64,000 bases of DNA from Lama glama. Taxonomy: Eukaryota. The stretch is taken from NCBI GenBank assembly GCA_028534125.1, contig CM052816.1:5954001-6018000 (forward strand), written 5' to 3'. Below the pieces are notes generated by a model that was given only the letters and a program-made list of their open reading frames with translations, made no database searches and was not told where the DNA came from. The position numbers and the translations under genes were made by a program. Below are positions 36,487 through 49,799 of the stretch, in pieces. The stretch's first letter is position 1; each line of letters opens with the position of its first letter.

Positions 36487-37235
36487 CATTAGACTGAAAA
36501 GCAAGAAGGAAAAGGTAAATTATTTTGGCAGTTGGATGAGTTGGCTCTTCTTGTGTGTAAGCATTGTGTACACTTCCAATGAACTGCTAAGCTCTGGAAT
36601 TCAGTAGGTGATGTACGTCCCATGGGCTGTACCTCAGTTAAGTAAATAGTTGAATCCTTAAGAGATCCTGAACTGACATTGCTAAGACTGAATGTGTCTG
36701 TTCACTATTTATCCAGGAACTGCCAAAGGATAGCAAATATTTCCCCTGGACTGCTATCAACTCTCAGACAGGCTTAATGGGTGATCTTTGACTTTGAGAA
36801 CAAGGCTTTCCTCCAGAGACCCATAGGATCTTGCATCGCAGGCCCACTGGAGTTGCAGTCAGGAAATTGTATGGTTCACTCCACCAACACAGGTTGTTGG
36901 CCACTACTGTAAAGAGCCCTGAGCTGGACGCTAAACAGAAGGCACTGGGTATAAAAATAAAACCAGGTATTGTCAGAGAAGCTTACTCTAAAGATTCATC
37001 ACTGTCTTCACTTCAAACCTAGGGCCCCTTAGAAAAGCACACACTATGCATGTTAAAGAGACAGAGATTAGTTCAATTCTAGTGACTTGAGTTTTAGAAA
37101 TACTCTGGGCTAGAATTAAATAAATTAGCTAAGCAGAGAAGCTAGTCCAGAAGGACCAGCCCTTCCAGATGGGTTGCCTTGCAGAGACTTAGCTGGAAGC
37201 ATTTGTGTCCAGTCAAGAGGGACAATCCCAACATA

Positions 37236-37413
37236 AGGTTTCTCAAAGCCCAATTTCTAGACCCCAGCATCACTATCATTTAGGAAGCTTGTTATAATGC
37301 AGATTTTTAGACCCTAGGTCTAAACTTTTGATTCAGTAAGTCTAAATTCCAATGATCAACATTTTAAAATATCTTCCTTCCTTCTTCAACATACTTAAGT
37401 TTGAGAACCATTG
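37236..37413 (+). mobile_element. MER5-family MITE
   Basis: GGTTTCTCAAAG...CAGCATCACTATCATTTAGGAAGCTTGTTATAATGCAGATT...TAAGTTTGAGAACCATTG. Confidence 0.75.
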
Positions 37414-38559
37414 TGTAAGACTTCTCTAAAGAACATTTACTTTTCAAAGCTCCCTGTCCTCAAGAAACTTAGAGTTTGGGGGGAAAACTAGCATGTGGTA
37501 GGAGTTGTTGGTTAATAATCATCATTTATTCATTTAATAAATAGTCATTGATATTAAATAGTGATGAGTAGTCACATAGCCTATTATGTGTCAGGTACTG
37601 TTCTGGGTACCAGGGAATCAGCAATAAATGAGGATGGTCCCACCATACACTGGGCATCACAACTTGTGTTTACTTCTCTCCTCATAGCATCCTTGTGAAG
37701 TAGTTATAGTCACGTCTGTGTTGCTGAAAAGAAGCAGGAAGCTCAGGGAATTAGCTGACCTGCACAAGGTGTGAAGGCCAGTAAATGACAGTCCTGGAAT
37801 TTAGCACAACCTCTGTCTTATGCCACACTCTGTGTTCTTGTCACAACAGCAACGTGAGCCATAGAAAGATAAAAGACAAAAAACGTTCAAAACAGTCTGA
37901 GTTCAGTGCCAAATGAGTGATACAGCTTCTGAATACTGAGGCTGCTCAGCCCTGAATGAAATGATGGCAGGCTGTGGTGGAGGAGGAGGCTTCTTGGAGA
38001 AAGTGGAAAACTGTATCATAGAGAATACAGGAATTTAGAAAGGGAAGAAATATTTGAGGAGGGGAATTGTACAAGGAGGACTGGGGTCCATCAAAGTGTA
38101 AGGTAGGAATGTGCAAGACTAATTGGGGGAACTCAGAATAGATCCTTCCAACCAGAGCAAAGCTAAAGTGTTAGGAATGGGAGAGAAGATGCCCAAGTAG
38201 ATTGGCACCAGATGGCAGAGTGCCTTCTGATATTACGCTCGGGCATGTGAATCGCACCCACTGAGACAATGAAGAATCACTGAGAGATGATGGGATGAGC
38301 GGGAGATTTGGAGAACAAAATGGAGCAGGTGGTCTGCAAAACAGATCCCTGGGGGAGAGAGAGACCCACGAACAAGAGATTAGAGTGGAAGATATTTACA
38401 TGGGAGAGTTACGGCAGGAGGCAGTTCATGAATGAGAGTTAACACCTAACATTTAAGGAGCTTTTACTATGTTATAGGCCCTGTTCTTAGTCATTTACAT
38501 GTTAATTACATGGATGGCAACTTGATGATTAACTTGATCCTCAACGGTCCCCTCTGAAA

Positions 38560-38935
38560 TAACATTAGGGCTGTTCCTCAGTCCCCAGTTGTCCTTCTAG
38601 TCACATGGTGTAACTGCCCTTCCCCAGCCCCTGTTGAAGTTCAGCCCAGCCTGTGGACTGGCTTGGTCCAGTGACCTGTGAGTGGAGGCGCTGTCTGTGT
38701 GTCCTCTGAGATGAGGCTTTATGAGCCTGTGTGTTCCGTCACAGGTAGTTGATGGCAGCATGTCTTAGGAAGGAGCCTCTCTCGGTCTGGGTCCCTCAGT
38801 GAATCTGAGGAGCAATGCCCCTCTGCCACCCTGTGCTGGGCTTGTAGCATGAGTGAAAAGTAAATATCACATTATATTCATCCTTTGCAATGTGGGAGTT
38901 ACTGTAGTATAACCTGGCCTGTTCTGACTGACACA
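38560..38935 (+). mobile_element. MLT1I/J-like MaLR solo LTR
   Basis: CCCAGCCCCTGTTGAAGTT...GGTCTGGGTCCCTCAGTGA...TTGTAGCATGAGTGAAAAGTAAA...GTATAACCTGGCCTGTTCTGACTGACACA. Confidence 0.75.
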
Positions 38936-39134
38936 CGAAGGCGATCTCAGTAATCAGACCACCTGAGTGCCTCCTTCCATCATTTACCAAGTGTGGTAAG
39001 TCACAACTTCTCTAGCCTCATTTACGTCATCTCCAAAATGGGAATAACCACTGTGGCCATCTCACTGCGACACTGTAAAAAACAGTAATAAAGTAACAAC
39101 AAGCCAACTTTACATGCTTTGTTACAGGCAGCAG

Positions 39135-39315
39135 CCTAAGCTTTATACGCGTATTATCTGATTTAGTCCTCATGGTAACTATTTTGCAAATGAGGAAGCT
39201 GAGGCAGAGACAGGATTCTGGCACTTGCTAGACATCACATAGCTAATAAGTAGTGGGGCCGGGATTCCAGCCCAAGGTAACGCAATTCCAGAGTCCGTAT
39301 GCTTATCTGCTGGCT
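39135..39315 (-). mobile_element. MIR SINE
   Basis: ATTTTGCAAATGAGGAAGCTGAGGCAGAGA...CACATAGCTAATAAGTAGTGGGGCCGGGATTCCAGCCCAAG. Confidence 0.8.
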
Positions 39316-40344
39316 ATCATGCAAACATTTACATCCCTGCACACGATAACAGGAGAGTTTTTGTGTTTTTTTTTTTTTTTGTCATTTGTCATGGTAAGCA
39401 CAGCGTCTGGGCTTCTGATTGTTTGAAGAACCTCAAAAGTATTTCCGTCCAGAAAAATCAATATATTGGCTCTGAAATACTCAAAGCAAACTGCAGTATC
39501 AAATTAATAAATATTTAAATGTCTGTAAAGCTTGTCATAATGTCAACTAGTCTACACCACCACTCAACTCATAAATCAGATTTAATGTGAGGCGTGGGTG
39601 CACTGTAATATCTTTGACACCGTGGGGGAGGCAGGACCTGTAAAAGTGCCAAGAGCCTAAAAACTGCCTTAAAATGACCCCCTGAATAGAATTCAATAAA
39701 TATTAGCTATCATAGTACTTCCATTATTATCCTTAGCTTTGACCAACAGAGACTCAGCAGGGGCCATTCGAAATTCTGCAATGAAGCAACAGTTGGTCCC
39801 TTGAGCCACTCCCAAATGGCTGTCAGCAGCTCACCAGCGAATCTGGTCCTTATCCACGCTCAGGGGATGGCAGCAAAACAAAAGCAAGCTTCTCTTTCCC
39901 TGGGGAGAACTAGTTCCCCTCAGCTACTGAGCCAGAGGTAGAAGTTACCGCGCCCTGAACACCTCCCCTCCACTGCCCTGGCAACTACCAGGTGGCTGGG
40001 AATGAAGTTAAATGCAATGCCCCTTTGGAACTGCAGCAAAAAATCAGAAGCCCTTGGAGTCTGCAGCTGCCTGATACCAAACGCTGCCTCCCAGTGTCTT
40101 CAGTCTCCGCTGCTTTCTGCAGTTTATGGTATATGTTAAATCACCGTGCACGAACCCTCTCCTGAAGGCTGACCCTGACTCGAACACGGACTCACCATCT
40201 AGGGTCTGCTGTTTAGTCTGCACTAACATGGTAAATCAATACAGCATCTCATATCTGGAACCACTATCCCTCCCAGAGGCCAAGCTCACTGCTTCTGATT
40301 CCATGCCCTTACTTTTATTCACTTTGGATTCCACCTAGTTCACC

Positions 40345-40520
40345 TTTTATTTTTTAACTTATTTAAAAAATTTTTTACTTTGTTTTTTAATTTTTATTTT
40401 TTAATTTTTTATTGAAGTGTAGTTGATTTACAATGTTAGCTTCAGGTGTACAGCAAAGTGATTCAGTTATACATATACACACATATGTATTTTTTCGTCT
40501 CCGATCCTTTTCTATTATAT
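40345..40520 (-). mobile_element. Short L1 3' terminus with a degenerate poly-T
   Basis: TTTTTATTGAAGTGTAGTTGATTTACAATGTTAGCTTCAGGTGTACAGCAAAGTGATTCAGTTATACATATAC. Confidence 0.85.
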
Positions 40521-41257
40521 CACCAGTTTCATCATTGTGACTTACGTCTTCAGAGTCTTTATAATTTTCTCAATTGATTTGAAACTCTGATACTGTGATT
40601 TAATAGTAATAGGTCTTAGGATCAGACAGATCTGAATTCAAACCCTTGGTCTACCACTTTGAGGGGTGACTAAGTAATTAAGGGGTAACATTGTTCTCCT
40701 GTTCTTATCATTTATAAATTGGGGTCCAAACCAATACCCGCTTAAAAGAGATGCTTTGAGAATTAAATCAAATAAGCCAATGAAAGTGAGCAGGACACCT
40801 AATTGTTCAGCAGATGTTAGACATTAATATAATTATTGTACTATTACTTACTAATCCTCACATTTGATTTTCAAAGGCCCCCGAGAAGCAGGCAAATCAG
40901 GAATCCTAGAGGACTGGACATGTAGGGAGGCTTGCCCAGAGTCACGTTTGTCAGGGTCAGAACTACAGGGCTTCTGGCATTAAATCTCAAAAGTTCCCAT
41001 CCTTTAATCCTCCCTCTGCCTGGGCACACACACCTTCCCTATCCCGCTTTGGTATTCATGCACTCCCCCGCCCTGTGAAGACAAATTTGATGGAGTCCTC
41101 ATTCACTGCCACAGCCTTCACAGCTGACCGGTGCTGTGTCTTTGACCAGAAACAACAATCCACACTCACAGAGCTTGGGCTGAAATTTGAGTTACTAGAG
41201 GAAAAGCCTGGACTCTCCTCTAACTGATTATCCAGAAAAAGCAAGTCATTCAGTGGG

Positions 41258-41450
41258 CAATGGTTCTCAAACTTCAGCACGTATCACCATAATCATCTAG
41301 GGGGCTTGTTAGAACAGATATCTGAGCCCCAGCCCCAGGAGTTCTGATTCAAGAGGTCTGGGGTGGGGGTCTGAGAATTGTCATTTCTAACAACTTGCTA
41401 GGTGACAAAGTCGCTGCTTGTCCGGGAGAGTCACACTTTGAGAATCTCTG
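41258..41450 (-). mobile_element. MER5A MITE, full length
   Basis: CAATGGTTCTCAAACTTCAGC...TTCTGATTCAAGAGGTCTGGGGTGGGG...CATTTCTAACAAC...CACACTTTGAGAATCTCTG. Confidence 0.85.
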
Positions 41451-41459
41451 GCCTAGTGC

Positions 41460-41720
41460 TTCAGAGCAGAGGCTCTGGAATGGAGCTAAGGTGCCAGGTT
41501 GAAATCTTAGCCGCTTACCAGCTGTCACCAGGGGCAAGTTACTTGAACCCCTCTGAGTCTCCATTTCTGCATCTGTCAAATGGGTTGTTACATGGTTTAA
41601 ATGTGATAATACTAACATAGAGGGTTATTGTGATGGTTAAATGAAAAAAAAAAAACAACCCTGCAAAATAGTTTGCACAGTGTTGAGCACATATTCTGCA
41701 TTCAAGGCTAACCACTACGG
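41460..41720 (+). mobile_element. MIR SINE
   Basis: CTTACCAGCTGTCACCAGGGGCAAGTTACTTGAACCCCTCTGAGTCTCCATTTCTGCATCTGTCAAATGGG. Confidence 0.85.
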
Positions 41721-41894
41721 TCATCATGATTATGCATGTATGTATTAATGTACTTCTCATCCTGAAAACTATTGCCATCTCAGTTCCCCTCATTAGACTG
41801 AGAGCAGCTTCAGAGCAGTAGTCCTGGCTTGTTCGTTTCTGTATCCCCAGGGCTGAACTTGATACCAGACACAAAGGAAGAACACACTGTAGAA

Positions 41895-42670
41895 ACTCAT
41901 TCATTCACTCAATTATTTATTCCTTCAACTGATAAATGTGTTTACTCTGTGCCAGGTCCATGCTAGACTCTGGGGGGATACAATGAACAAGAAGCAGCAG
42001 ACCCTGTTTTCCTGGAGTTTGCATTGAGCAGGTGAGAGAGAGATTAAGTAATATAATAGGCAGAAGAGTTACTAATTATGAAAAATACTTTGAAAGAATA
42101 AAAAGTACTGAAGTAGAGGGCAATTAGGGATTTCCTTTAGGTAAAGTGTTCAGGAAAATTCTCTCTGAGGAAGTGAGCTGAGACCTGAATAATGAGATAG
42201 GACAAACCTCAATGAGATCTAAGAGATGGGAGCAGTCAGTGCAAAGGCCCTGAGGCAGGAAGCAGCTTGACCTGTTCAAAGGAGAAAAGAAAGGCCCTGA
42301 GGAATGGATTCTAGTTCCACAAATGAGGGATAAGAGGTGAAGTGTGAAGGTTCATGGAAGGCCTTGGAGACCTAGGTACAGAGCTGTCATTTTTTTTTAA
42401 AGCAGTATGACATGTTTAGCATAATACTTTTAAAAGGTCATATTAGCCTGTGGGTAGTGCATAGCCTGGAAGCAAGGTGGCAATAAGACAAGTTGGGAGG
42501 TTAATACAGGGACATGGGGAAAAGACTGTGCTGGTATGAAGTATGAGGTCACATGGAGATAGGGAAAAAAAAACATGTTTGAATTCGAAGTATATTATGT
42601 AGTTAGTACTGAAAGACATGCTGATGAACTAGATGTGGAGGTACAGGAAAAAGGAACAGAGGACCACGAT
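41895..42670 (-). mobile_element. L2 3' region
   Basis: CTCATTCATTCACTCAA tail, TACTCTGTGCCAGG, CTCTCTGAGGAAGTGAGCTGAGACCTGAA, GTGCAAAGGCCCTGAGGCAGGAA. Confidence 0.8.
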
Positions 42671-45217
42671 GGGGACTTAATGAATACATCTCCAGCTGTG
42701 AACTCTATAAGAAGCTGCCACAGCTCCTTAGCTTCCCATCTGCTCACATCTGATCCCTGTCTCCCTTACCCAATCCCATCCCTCCCTTTCTTAGGGCCAA
42801 GGGGCCTTTCTGAGGCTCCTTGCGGGTCCCTGCCCCGATTTCTGTAGCTCTGCAGCCCAGCACTGGTGGTTACCCTCCCAGAAGCCCAGATGTCTTGCTC
42901 CCTGCAAGACATAAAGCAAGTCCTCTTTGGGGGGGGGCATTAGCAGGGCAGCCAGTCAGCAGGCAGCGGATGACAAGATAAAGCCAAGCAGGCACTCTGG
43001 GGATTTGGGATGCTGGCAGGAAACTGAAAACAAATTCAGTTGAATATTAAGAGAGTTGTCTTGCTGGTTTGGGCCTCCTGGTGCTGGGGGGAGTGGAAAA
43101 ACGCAGAAGGCATCTTCCTGTCCTGCCTGGTTTCCAGGGTTGCTGAGGACAATGTATTCTTTGATGGCTGCTGCAAATAAGGGACTCTGACCCCAGAGCC
43201 CACTTCCCTCCCAGCCTCTGCATCTCTCATACCCAGTTTCTCTTCCTTTTCCACCAGTCCTAGGATCCAGCCATTGAAGTCCAGCCAAGGATTCTCTTAC
43301 TTTTTCCGCACGTGTTTGTAATCTGTAGGCTGCTTTTCATCAGACACAGGTCATGCTCGGGTTTTATGTTCAATTTTTGCTTTTCTGTTTTTAAATTTTC
43401 TTCCCTCCAGTTGGCATGGGAATGCTGAACTGCCAGTTCAGGGAGGATCCATCAACCACACGTAACACTCCTCCACGCTGCCCAAGCGCTTTGATATCTT
43501 CAAAGTGCGTACACAGTTCTCCCTCGTGGAGAGAAATCTGGAAGCGGCCAGTCTCGCTGTTCTCCCAGCTGACAGGCTCTCCAGCTTACATGATTCCAGA
43601 AGTAGAAGGGCCTTCCGAGACCAGTTCAAACCCCGGAGAAGGGAAATGCTTTAGCCAAGGTCACACAGAAAGTCAGCAGTGTACAGAGGACTCAAATCCA
43701 GGTCTTTATACACTGCTGGATGCTGGGTGACCTTTTTTAGACTCATCCTGAACTTTTCTGGGCCTTTCTTTGTTCGTTAGTAAAATCAGATCATCACCTT
43801 CTCTTTTTCCCCAAAGGGTGCTTGTGAGGATCAGGTGAGATTCCTGTGATTGGTCCATGTGAATGGTGAACACTTTCTTTAACCCAAAGACTCTAAACAT
43901 GGGTCTTGCAGATGGATGTTCATAAATAGTTATTAAGCTGATGTAAAATTAGAGAAAATGGTTACATGTTTATGCCTCAGAAGTGGATATGGTAGATTGA
44001 TTCAACGGAACCAGTCATCCGTTCATCTGTCCATCTACCTAGAGGGCATTTTTTCAAACATTTAATGCCTAAGGAAAGCTATGCTACCTTGGTTAAAAAC
44101 TGGTTAAAAAAGACATTGACTTTGACCCTGGAGAAATGTGGGATCCAGCAAGAAAGACAGTCATATAAAAAACTCATCACAACACAATGGGTTATGAGCA
44201 ATAACGGCTGGGAAAAAAAAGGCGCAGTTCCCTCAAGAGCATGGGTCCCATGCCCTGCGCAGCCTGGGAAGCCTGTCTTGTAGATTTTCATTTGGGTCTC
44301 AAAGGCGACTAGGAGTTTCTTAGGCCAGCACAGCCAAGGTCTAGAGGCACACTCCCGCAGGGGGGTTGGGAGGACAGCACGTTGCTCTGCAGCACTGAAG
44401 AAAAACAGAGCTGGTGTCTACGAAGCATCACAGCCACTGTGCCCAGCCTTTCACAAGCAGGTTTTCCTTCCATGCCTGTGAACACCATTCATGATACAGA
44501 GTATTATTAACCTCATCTGATGGCTATAAAACTGAAACTCGGTGCTACTACCTAATTTGGTCCAAGGTCTCACAGGTGAGAAGTAGCCAGTGTAGAATTC
44601 ATGAGTTACGTGATCCCAAAGTCTGGGTCCATAATCATTACTCTTTATGGTTCCTTGTGAACCAGGGGTACACGGGGGAACAGAGGCCCTGAGAGTAGTC
44701 AGGTCATGAAGGGGAACTTGAAGTAGGAAGGATACGAGAGTTGCCTAAGATCCCGTGGCTAATCTGTGACAGAATAAGCCTTAAGCCCAATTGTCCTATT
44801 TCCATCCTGCTCAGGACCATACTATGCTCACTGACTAGGGACAAATTAAGAGACCAAGATAGAGGGTGTCAGAAAAAATCAGCTGCCCTCCTGAGAAAGC
44901 ACCAAATAGCCTGTGTATCTTCACTGTTCCGCTTGTGTTAGGTTTTCCCGGGGATCTGCGTTGGCGGGGGAATTCAGAGTATTTGTGGATAACAGATGTG
45001 CATATTTTCTTGGTCGAGTGAGATGAAGAGAAGTGGGAGGAGGCTGGGCACAGGGCCAGCCCTCAGCAGAACTGTCAAATGCTAGGTCTGGTCTGCACGA
45101 CTCCCTCCAGCTCCCAAATGCACCACCGTCCACCCTTTTTGCTTAAGCTTCTGTTTGCTTCCTATCTACCATCTAAGTTAGCTTCACTCTCATGGAGGAA
45201 CCACCCCAGTTACCATT

Positions 45218-45630
45218 TGTATTAGTGAGCTCAAGCTGCCATAACGAAATGCCATAGACTGGGTGGCTTAAATAACAGAAATTTATTTTCTCACAGTTCT
45301 GGAGGCTAGAAGTCTGAGATCAGGGTGCTGACATTATTGAGTTCTGGTAAAAGTCCTTACACTGGCCTACAGATGGCCACCATTTCATTGTGTGCTCACA
45401 GGGCCTTTCGTGTGTGTGTGTGCGTGTGTGTGTTTAGAGGGGGAGGTAGAAAGAGTGCACACAAGCACAAACTTTCTGGTATCTCTTCTTATAAGGGCAC
45501 TAATCCCACCATGAAGGCCCCACCCTCATGACCTCATGTTCTTCCAAAGACTCTATCTCCAAATACCATCACCTTGGAGGTTAGGAATTCAACCTACAAA
45601 TTTTGGCAGGACACAATTCAGTCCATAGCA
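45218..45630 (-). mobile_element. MLT1A-type MaLR solo LTR with an intact 5-bp TSD
   Basis: TG...CA termini; GACTGGGTGGCTTAAATAACAGAAATTTATTTTCTCACAGTTCTGGAGGCTAGAAGTCTGAGATCAGGGTG; TSD CCATT at 45213-45217 and 45631-45635. Confidence 0.95.
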
Positions 45631-46789
45631 CCATTACAAGGAATCTTTCTGCCATGCTCAGAAAGATTTGTCTTTGTTGGTCAGGGATGCTGAGAAGGAA
45701 AGTTTGAAACCAACAGTTGACTTTCTAACAGCAGTACCACAGGCACTGGGTCATCAGGGTGGAGGTGGTAAGGTACTTCTGTAAAAGGGCCAGGTTTCCA
45801 ATAGCCATGCTGATTAGGAGATGCCCAGAATCAGATAAAGGGACCCTCTCCACCACTAGCCAGTCCATATTTTTAAAATGGGCTCTGCCATGTTGAGCTG
45901 AGATCTGTCAATCCAAACCTCCCATTCATTGGTCTTTGTTTGGCTTCCTAAGCTACAGAGAATAAAAGCAATTCTTTGCAGAGATGACTGTTTAGATGTT
46001 TGGGGATGGACACTGAACCATACTCAGTCTACGACTTTCCTTCTCAGATCATCGTCACTGGAAATGCTTTCCAGACCTTGGGCCATCTGAATATGGTCTT
46101 TAAGTACAGGACCACTATTCCTGTAACCTGCCCGTGAAGCCCAGAGTCCAATTACCCAAGGCAGAGTGGATGCAGTTACCAGATTTCTTTACACTATTTG
46201 TAAGAAGAGATTTGGGTCTGTCAGATAAAGGCCAGGAGCAAAATGAATTTTGCTCTCTCAAGGCTACTGCAAACTTCCCTCACCCAGTCTCATCACCTTC
46301 CCTGCCGTATGTCAGCTTCTCCTCAGCCTCTATGCAGCCTATTTATTTTTGCTATTAACTTTACATGTTGCGTTAAAAATAATTTATTTCAACTTGCCTC
46401 GTTTAAAAAAAAATGGGGGGCTTAAAAAAAAAAACAGCAGTACAGAGGCTGGGTGTTGTTCCCGGATGGACGTCTAAACGTAGATTACTCAGAACTGGCT
46501 TTGCAGGGATGAAAAAAAGCATGGACAGCAGCAAGGCTGACCTGGGCCAATTTGGCAAGTGCTTCCCTGGAGCAGGCTGGTTCTTTCTGAAATCACCGGC
46601 AATTCCTTGTTCTGGGTAATACTGTTTGTAGGACTCGCTCCAAAAATTGACAGGGAGCCAGGAAACGTGGAATGAAGCCTTGCTTGGCTGTCAGAAGTCT
46701 TGCATGAGAATCATGACCTGGCAGACAAAGCCCTCTGTGCTCTCTGGGTCTTAGTTTCTAGGTATGTAAACCAAGCTCAGACTAGGCAT

Positions 46790-47040
46790 TGAGTCACCTA
46801 GGGTATTAATAGGTAATTTGGTAAAAAGAGGGATATTATATTTGGAACATATATACCCTTTCCTCTACTGAGAAATGAACAAAACACATTAACATATTAA
46901 GGGGCCTTCAAAATCCTAAAGAATACGATTTTATTTAATCCAGAATTACTAAGTTTTTGACCATGCAACCTTCCCTAACCCCAACCTCCAAAGAAGGCCT
47001 ATTTGCCCTGGAACATCAGAGTTCTAATGGGAAACACAGA
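46790..47040 (+). mobile_element. MER103C-like hAT element
   Basis: CACATTAACATATTAAGGGGCCTTCAAAATCCT...TTTATTTAATCCAG...TTTGACCATGCAACC...GGGAAACAC. Confidence 0.6.
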
Positions 47041-48069
47041 TAAGATAGGTTCCTAAAGCCCCTTAAAAATGAACCCTTCGATGTCTGTCACGTAGACATG
47101 GGGAGGGTCTGTGTCGTTCGGCACTCAGAAAATAAAGGTAATTTTATTCTGGTGGAAGATTATTCTAGTAACTTCTAAATAAAACAATCTTTATTTGTAT
47201 AGAAAGAAGACGTTTCGAATGTCAGCTGTGAAATTTTAAGTTATTATTCTATCTCTGGAATACTTTTCCCTGGCCTTCAGAGCCTTCTCTAGTCTGAAAC
47301 TAGTGCACTTTTCCAAATGCATCTTCCAGGGCTCCCCGGGAAACTTCATCCAAATCCCCAAACTCATCATGTTAACTCTCCGCCTCTTTCACGGACTCCG
47401 TTTTGGTGATTTCACTCACTCTCATCTACAATCCTGGACAGTTTATGTTTACAATGGCCCCTGGGTCTATGGGACACTTGTGGTCAAGGCAATATTAAAG
47501 TAGGATCAAAACAGATGTCTTATTAAAGCAAGAAAGCAGAGGAGTACACTTCAGAAACTGTCTCATTACACGTTTTTAAAAAGTCAGGTTCTTATTAATC
47601 CTGTTTTATCCTAAAACTCACTTTCCCAGAGCAGTTCGTTCCTCAAACGTTTGAGTCACCAATGCCCTATATTTCACTCCAGCAGCAACTAGCTATATAT
47701 TTAGTTAAAGCCTTTTTGCCTTCTCATTCCCAAATAAGTACAGGACTAGATTTAAATTTTATTTTATTTTATGATTTTAACGGCAGCTGACTCCAAGCAA
47801 GACCTGCAGAACTAAAAGGAATCATCTTGGCAGATGGTAAAAGGAAACAAGTAGCAAAGTGGCTCTATTTTGGGGTTTTGTTGTTGCTGTCATTTTCAGA
47901 TCAAAGAAGCCTTAGATCTAGATATTTCCTAAGTAAATTACAAAATCCCATCCACAGCATTTTTTATTCTCCATGCCCCTCATTTCAATAAGAACGTTGG
48001 ATTTTCTGATGAAGAGTTCAGAGGGCATTTCGAGAGAAGCTTGTCATCACAAACAATTAAATTGAACAA

Positions 48070-48300
48070 ACAATAATAGCTCCCATTTATTGGGACCTTA
48101 CTATGCCAGGCCCTATGCTAAGCACTTTTCAAGTTTATCTCCTCCAATCCTTATGACAACTCTAAGAGGAATGTATTATTACTGCCACTTTACCAAATAA
48201 GAAACCAAGGCCTTGAGATGTGAAGTCACTTGTAAAGATCACACAGGATTCTGAATTAGGAAGCTGTCTCCCAAGTTCTTGCTATTAACCATTAGACTAC
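48070..48300 (-). mobile_element. MIR SINE
   Basis: TAATAGCTCCCATTTATTGGGACCTTACTATGCCAGGCCCTATGCTAAGCACTTT...GAAACCAAGGCCTTGAGATGTGAAGTCACTTG. Confidence 0.8.
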
Positions 48301-49135
48301 CCTGGAAATATTTATGGAGCATTTGTCTTGAGCAGTTGGGCTTTAAATACAAATCATTTGTTTTCCCATCCTCAAGATACTCAGGGGCTTAATAGTAGAT
48401 GTGACCTTTCTCTAAGTAGAGAAGGTAGGAAATCCAAAGGGCCAAAAAAAAAAAAAAAGCAGTTCACAAAAGAGAGCTCATAAAGGAAGAAGAAATGACT
48501 TATATCAGTTATGAATAAAAGAAGAATAAAAAACAGTTTCATAAAGCAGTGATAATATCTGAAAAGCACCTTGGAAAGTAGGTCTGCTTTCTTTACCTCA
48601 TATGCTACGTTCAATCCATCACTAAGTCCTGTTCCTATCACCTTCAAAGTAGATTTCAAAGCTACTCCTTCTATCTCCTCTGCTACCATGTAGGTCCCAG
48701 CCATCATCATCTGTCATGTATTCTATTGCAGGAGCCTCTTAGCTGGTCTCCCTGAGTTCCTTCTGTGGTGCACTGGATTACTGTGATAGAATTACACATT
48801 TATGCTCCTTATCACCATGTAATTTTGGAATCCTTCTTAGAAGGCAGAGAATATTTTTTTCTGCCCTATAATTGTTATATTTGGCCACATGCCTTGCTGG
48901 AGCCAATGAAATATTAGAAGACACAGCACAAGAAGATTCTGGCTTTAAATGTACTTTCGTGATAAGGCTTAGCCTCCATGAAGTCTTTATTAGCTGCTGC
49001 CCCTTCACCCTCACTTCCAAAACAAAGACACATGGGACAGACCTAAATCCTCTGTCCAGCCTGATCCAGCCCACAACAGGTGAACCACAGTCAATCTGCA
49101 GGCTGTGATTCTTTAAAGCAATTTTTGTATAAGCC

Positions 49136-49235
49136 NNNNNNNNNNNNNNNNNNNNNNNNNNNNNNNNNNNNNNNNNNNNNNNNNNNNNNNNNNNNNNNNN
49201 NNNNNNNNNNNNNNNNNNNNNNNNNNNNNNNNNNN
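49136..49235. other. Assembly gap (100 N) covering the 3' end of a young L1
   Basis: Run of exactly 100 N. Confidence 1.
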
Positions 49236-49450
49236 AGTCTATCCCTTCCCACCCTCCGCCCCCCAGGCAACCACAAGTCTGTATTCTCTGTCTATGAGTC
49301 TATTTCTCTCCTGTATTTATGCTTTGTTTTTGTTTGTTTGTTTGTTTTTTAGATTCCACATATAAGCGATCTCATATGGTATTTTTCTTTCTCTTTCTGG
49401 CTTACTTCGCTTAGAATGACATTCTCCAGGAGCATCCATGTTGCTGCAAA
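49236..49450 (-). mobile_element. Young L1 3'UTR fragment inside the MLT1 LTR
   Basis: GGCAACCACAAGTCTGTATTCTC...TAGATTCCACATATAAGCGATCTCATATGG...CATCCATGTTGCTGCAAA. Confidence 0.9.
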
Positions 49451-49799
49451 AGCCACTAAAATTTTGATGTTATTTGTTATGTGGCAGTAACTGATTGATA
49501 CATGCTCTTTTCATATCACTTTATCACTTTTCCCTTCTCCACAGAGAAATGATAATAATCATTTAAAAGTGTAAATCAGAATACCCACCTCAAAACTTTA
49601 GCCCCATTAGTAATTTTTATTGTATTTTAAATCAATCTCAGTTCCTTATCATGGCCTACAAAATACGATGCCTAATTTTTTGTTCAGTGTGCTTTAGCTC
49701 CACTGGCTTTCTTACTGTCCTTTGAATACACAGACTCTCACTTTAGAGACTTTACACTTCCTGTTCTTTTTGCCTGGAAAGTTATAGAGTCTAGATCTA

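Larger units (their letters stand above)
48764..49502 (+). mobile_element. MLT1G/H-like MaLR solo LTR interrupted by a young L1
   Basis: TGTGGTG start; TTTGGCCACATGCCTTGC...GCCAATGAAATATTAG; end AAGCCACTAAAATTTTG...TTTGTTATGTGGCAGTAACTGATTGATACA. Confidence 0.75.
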
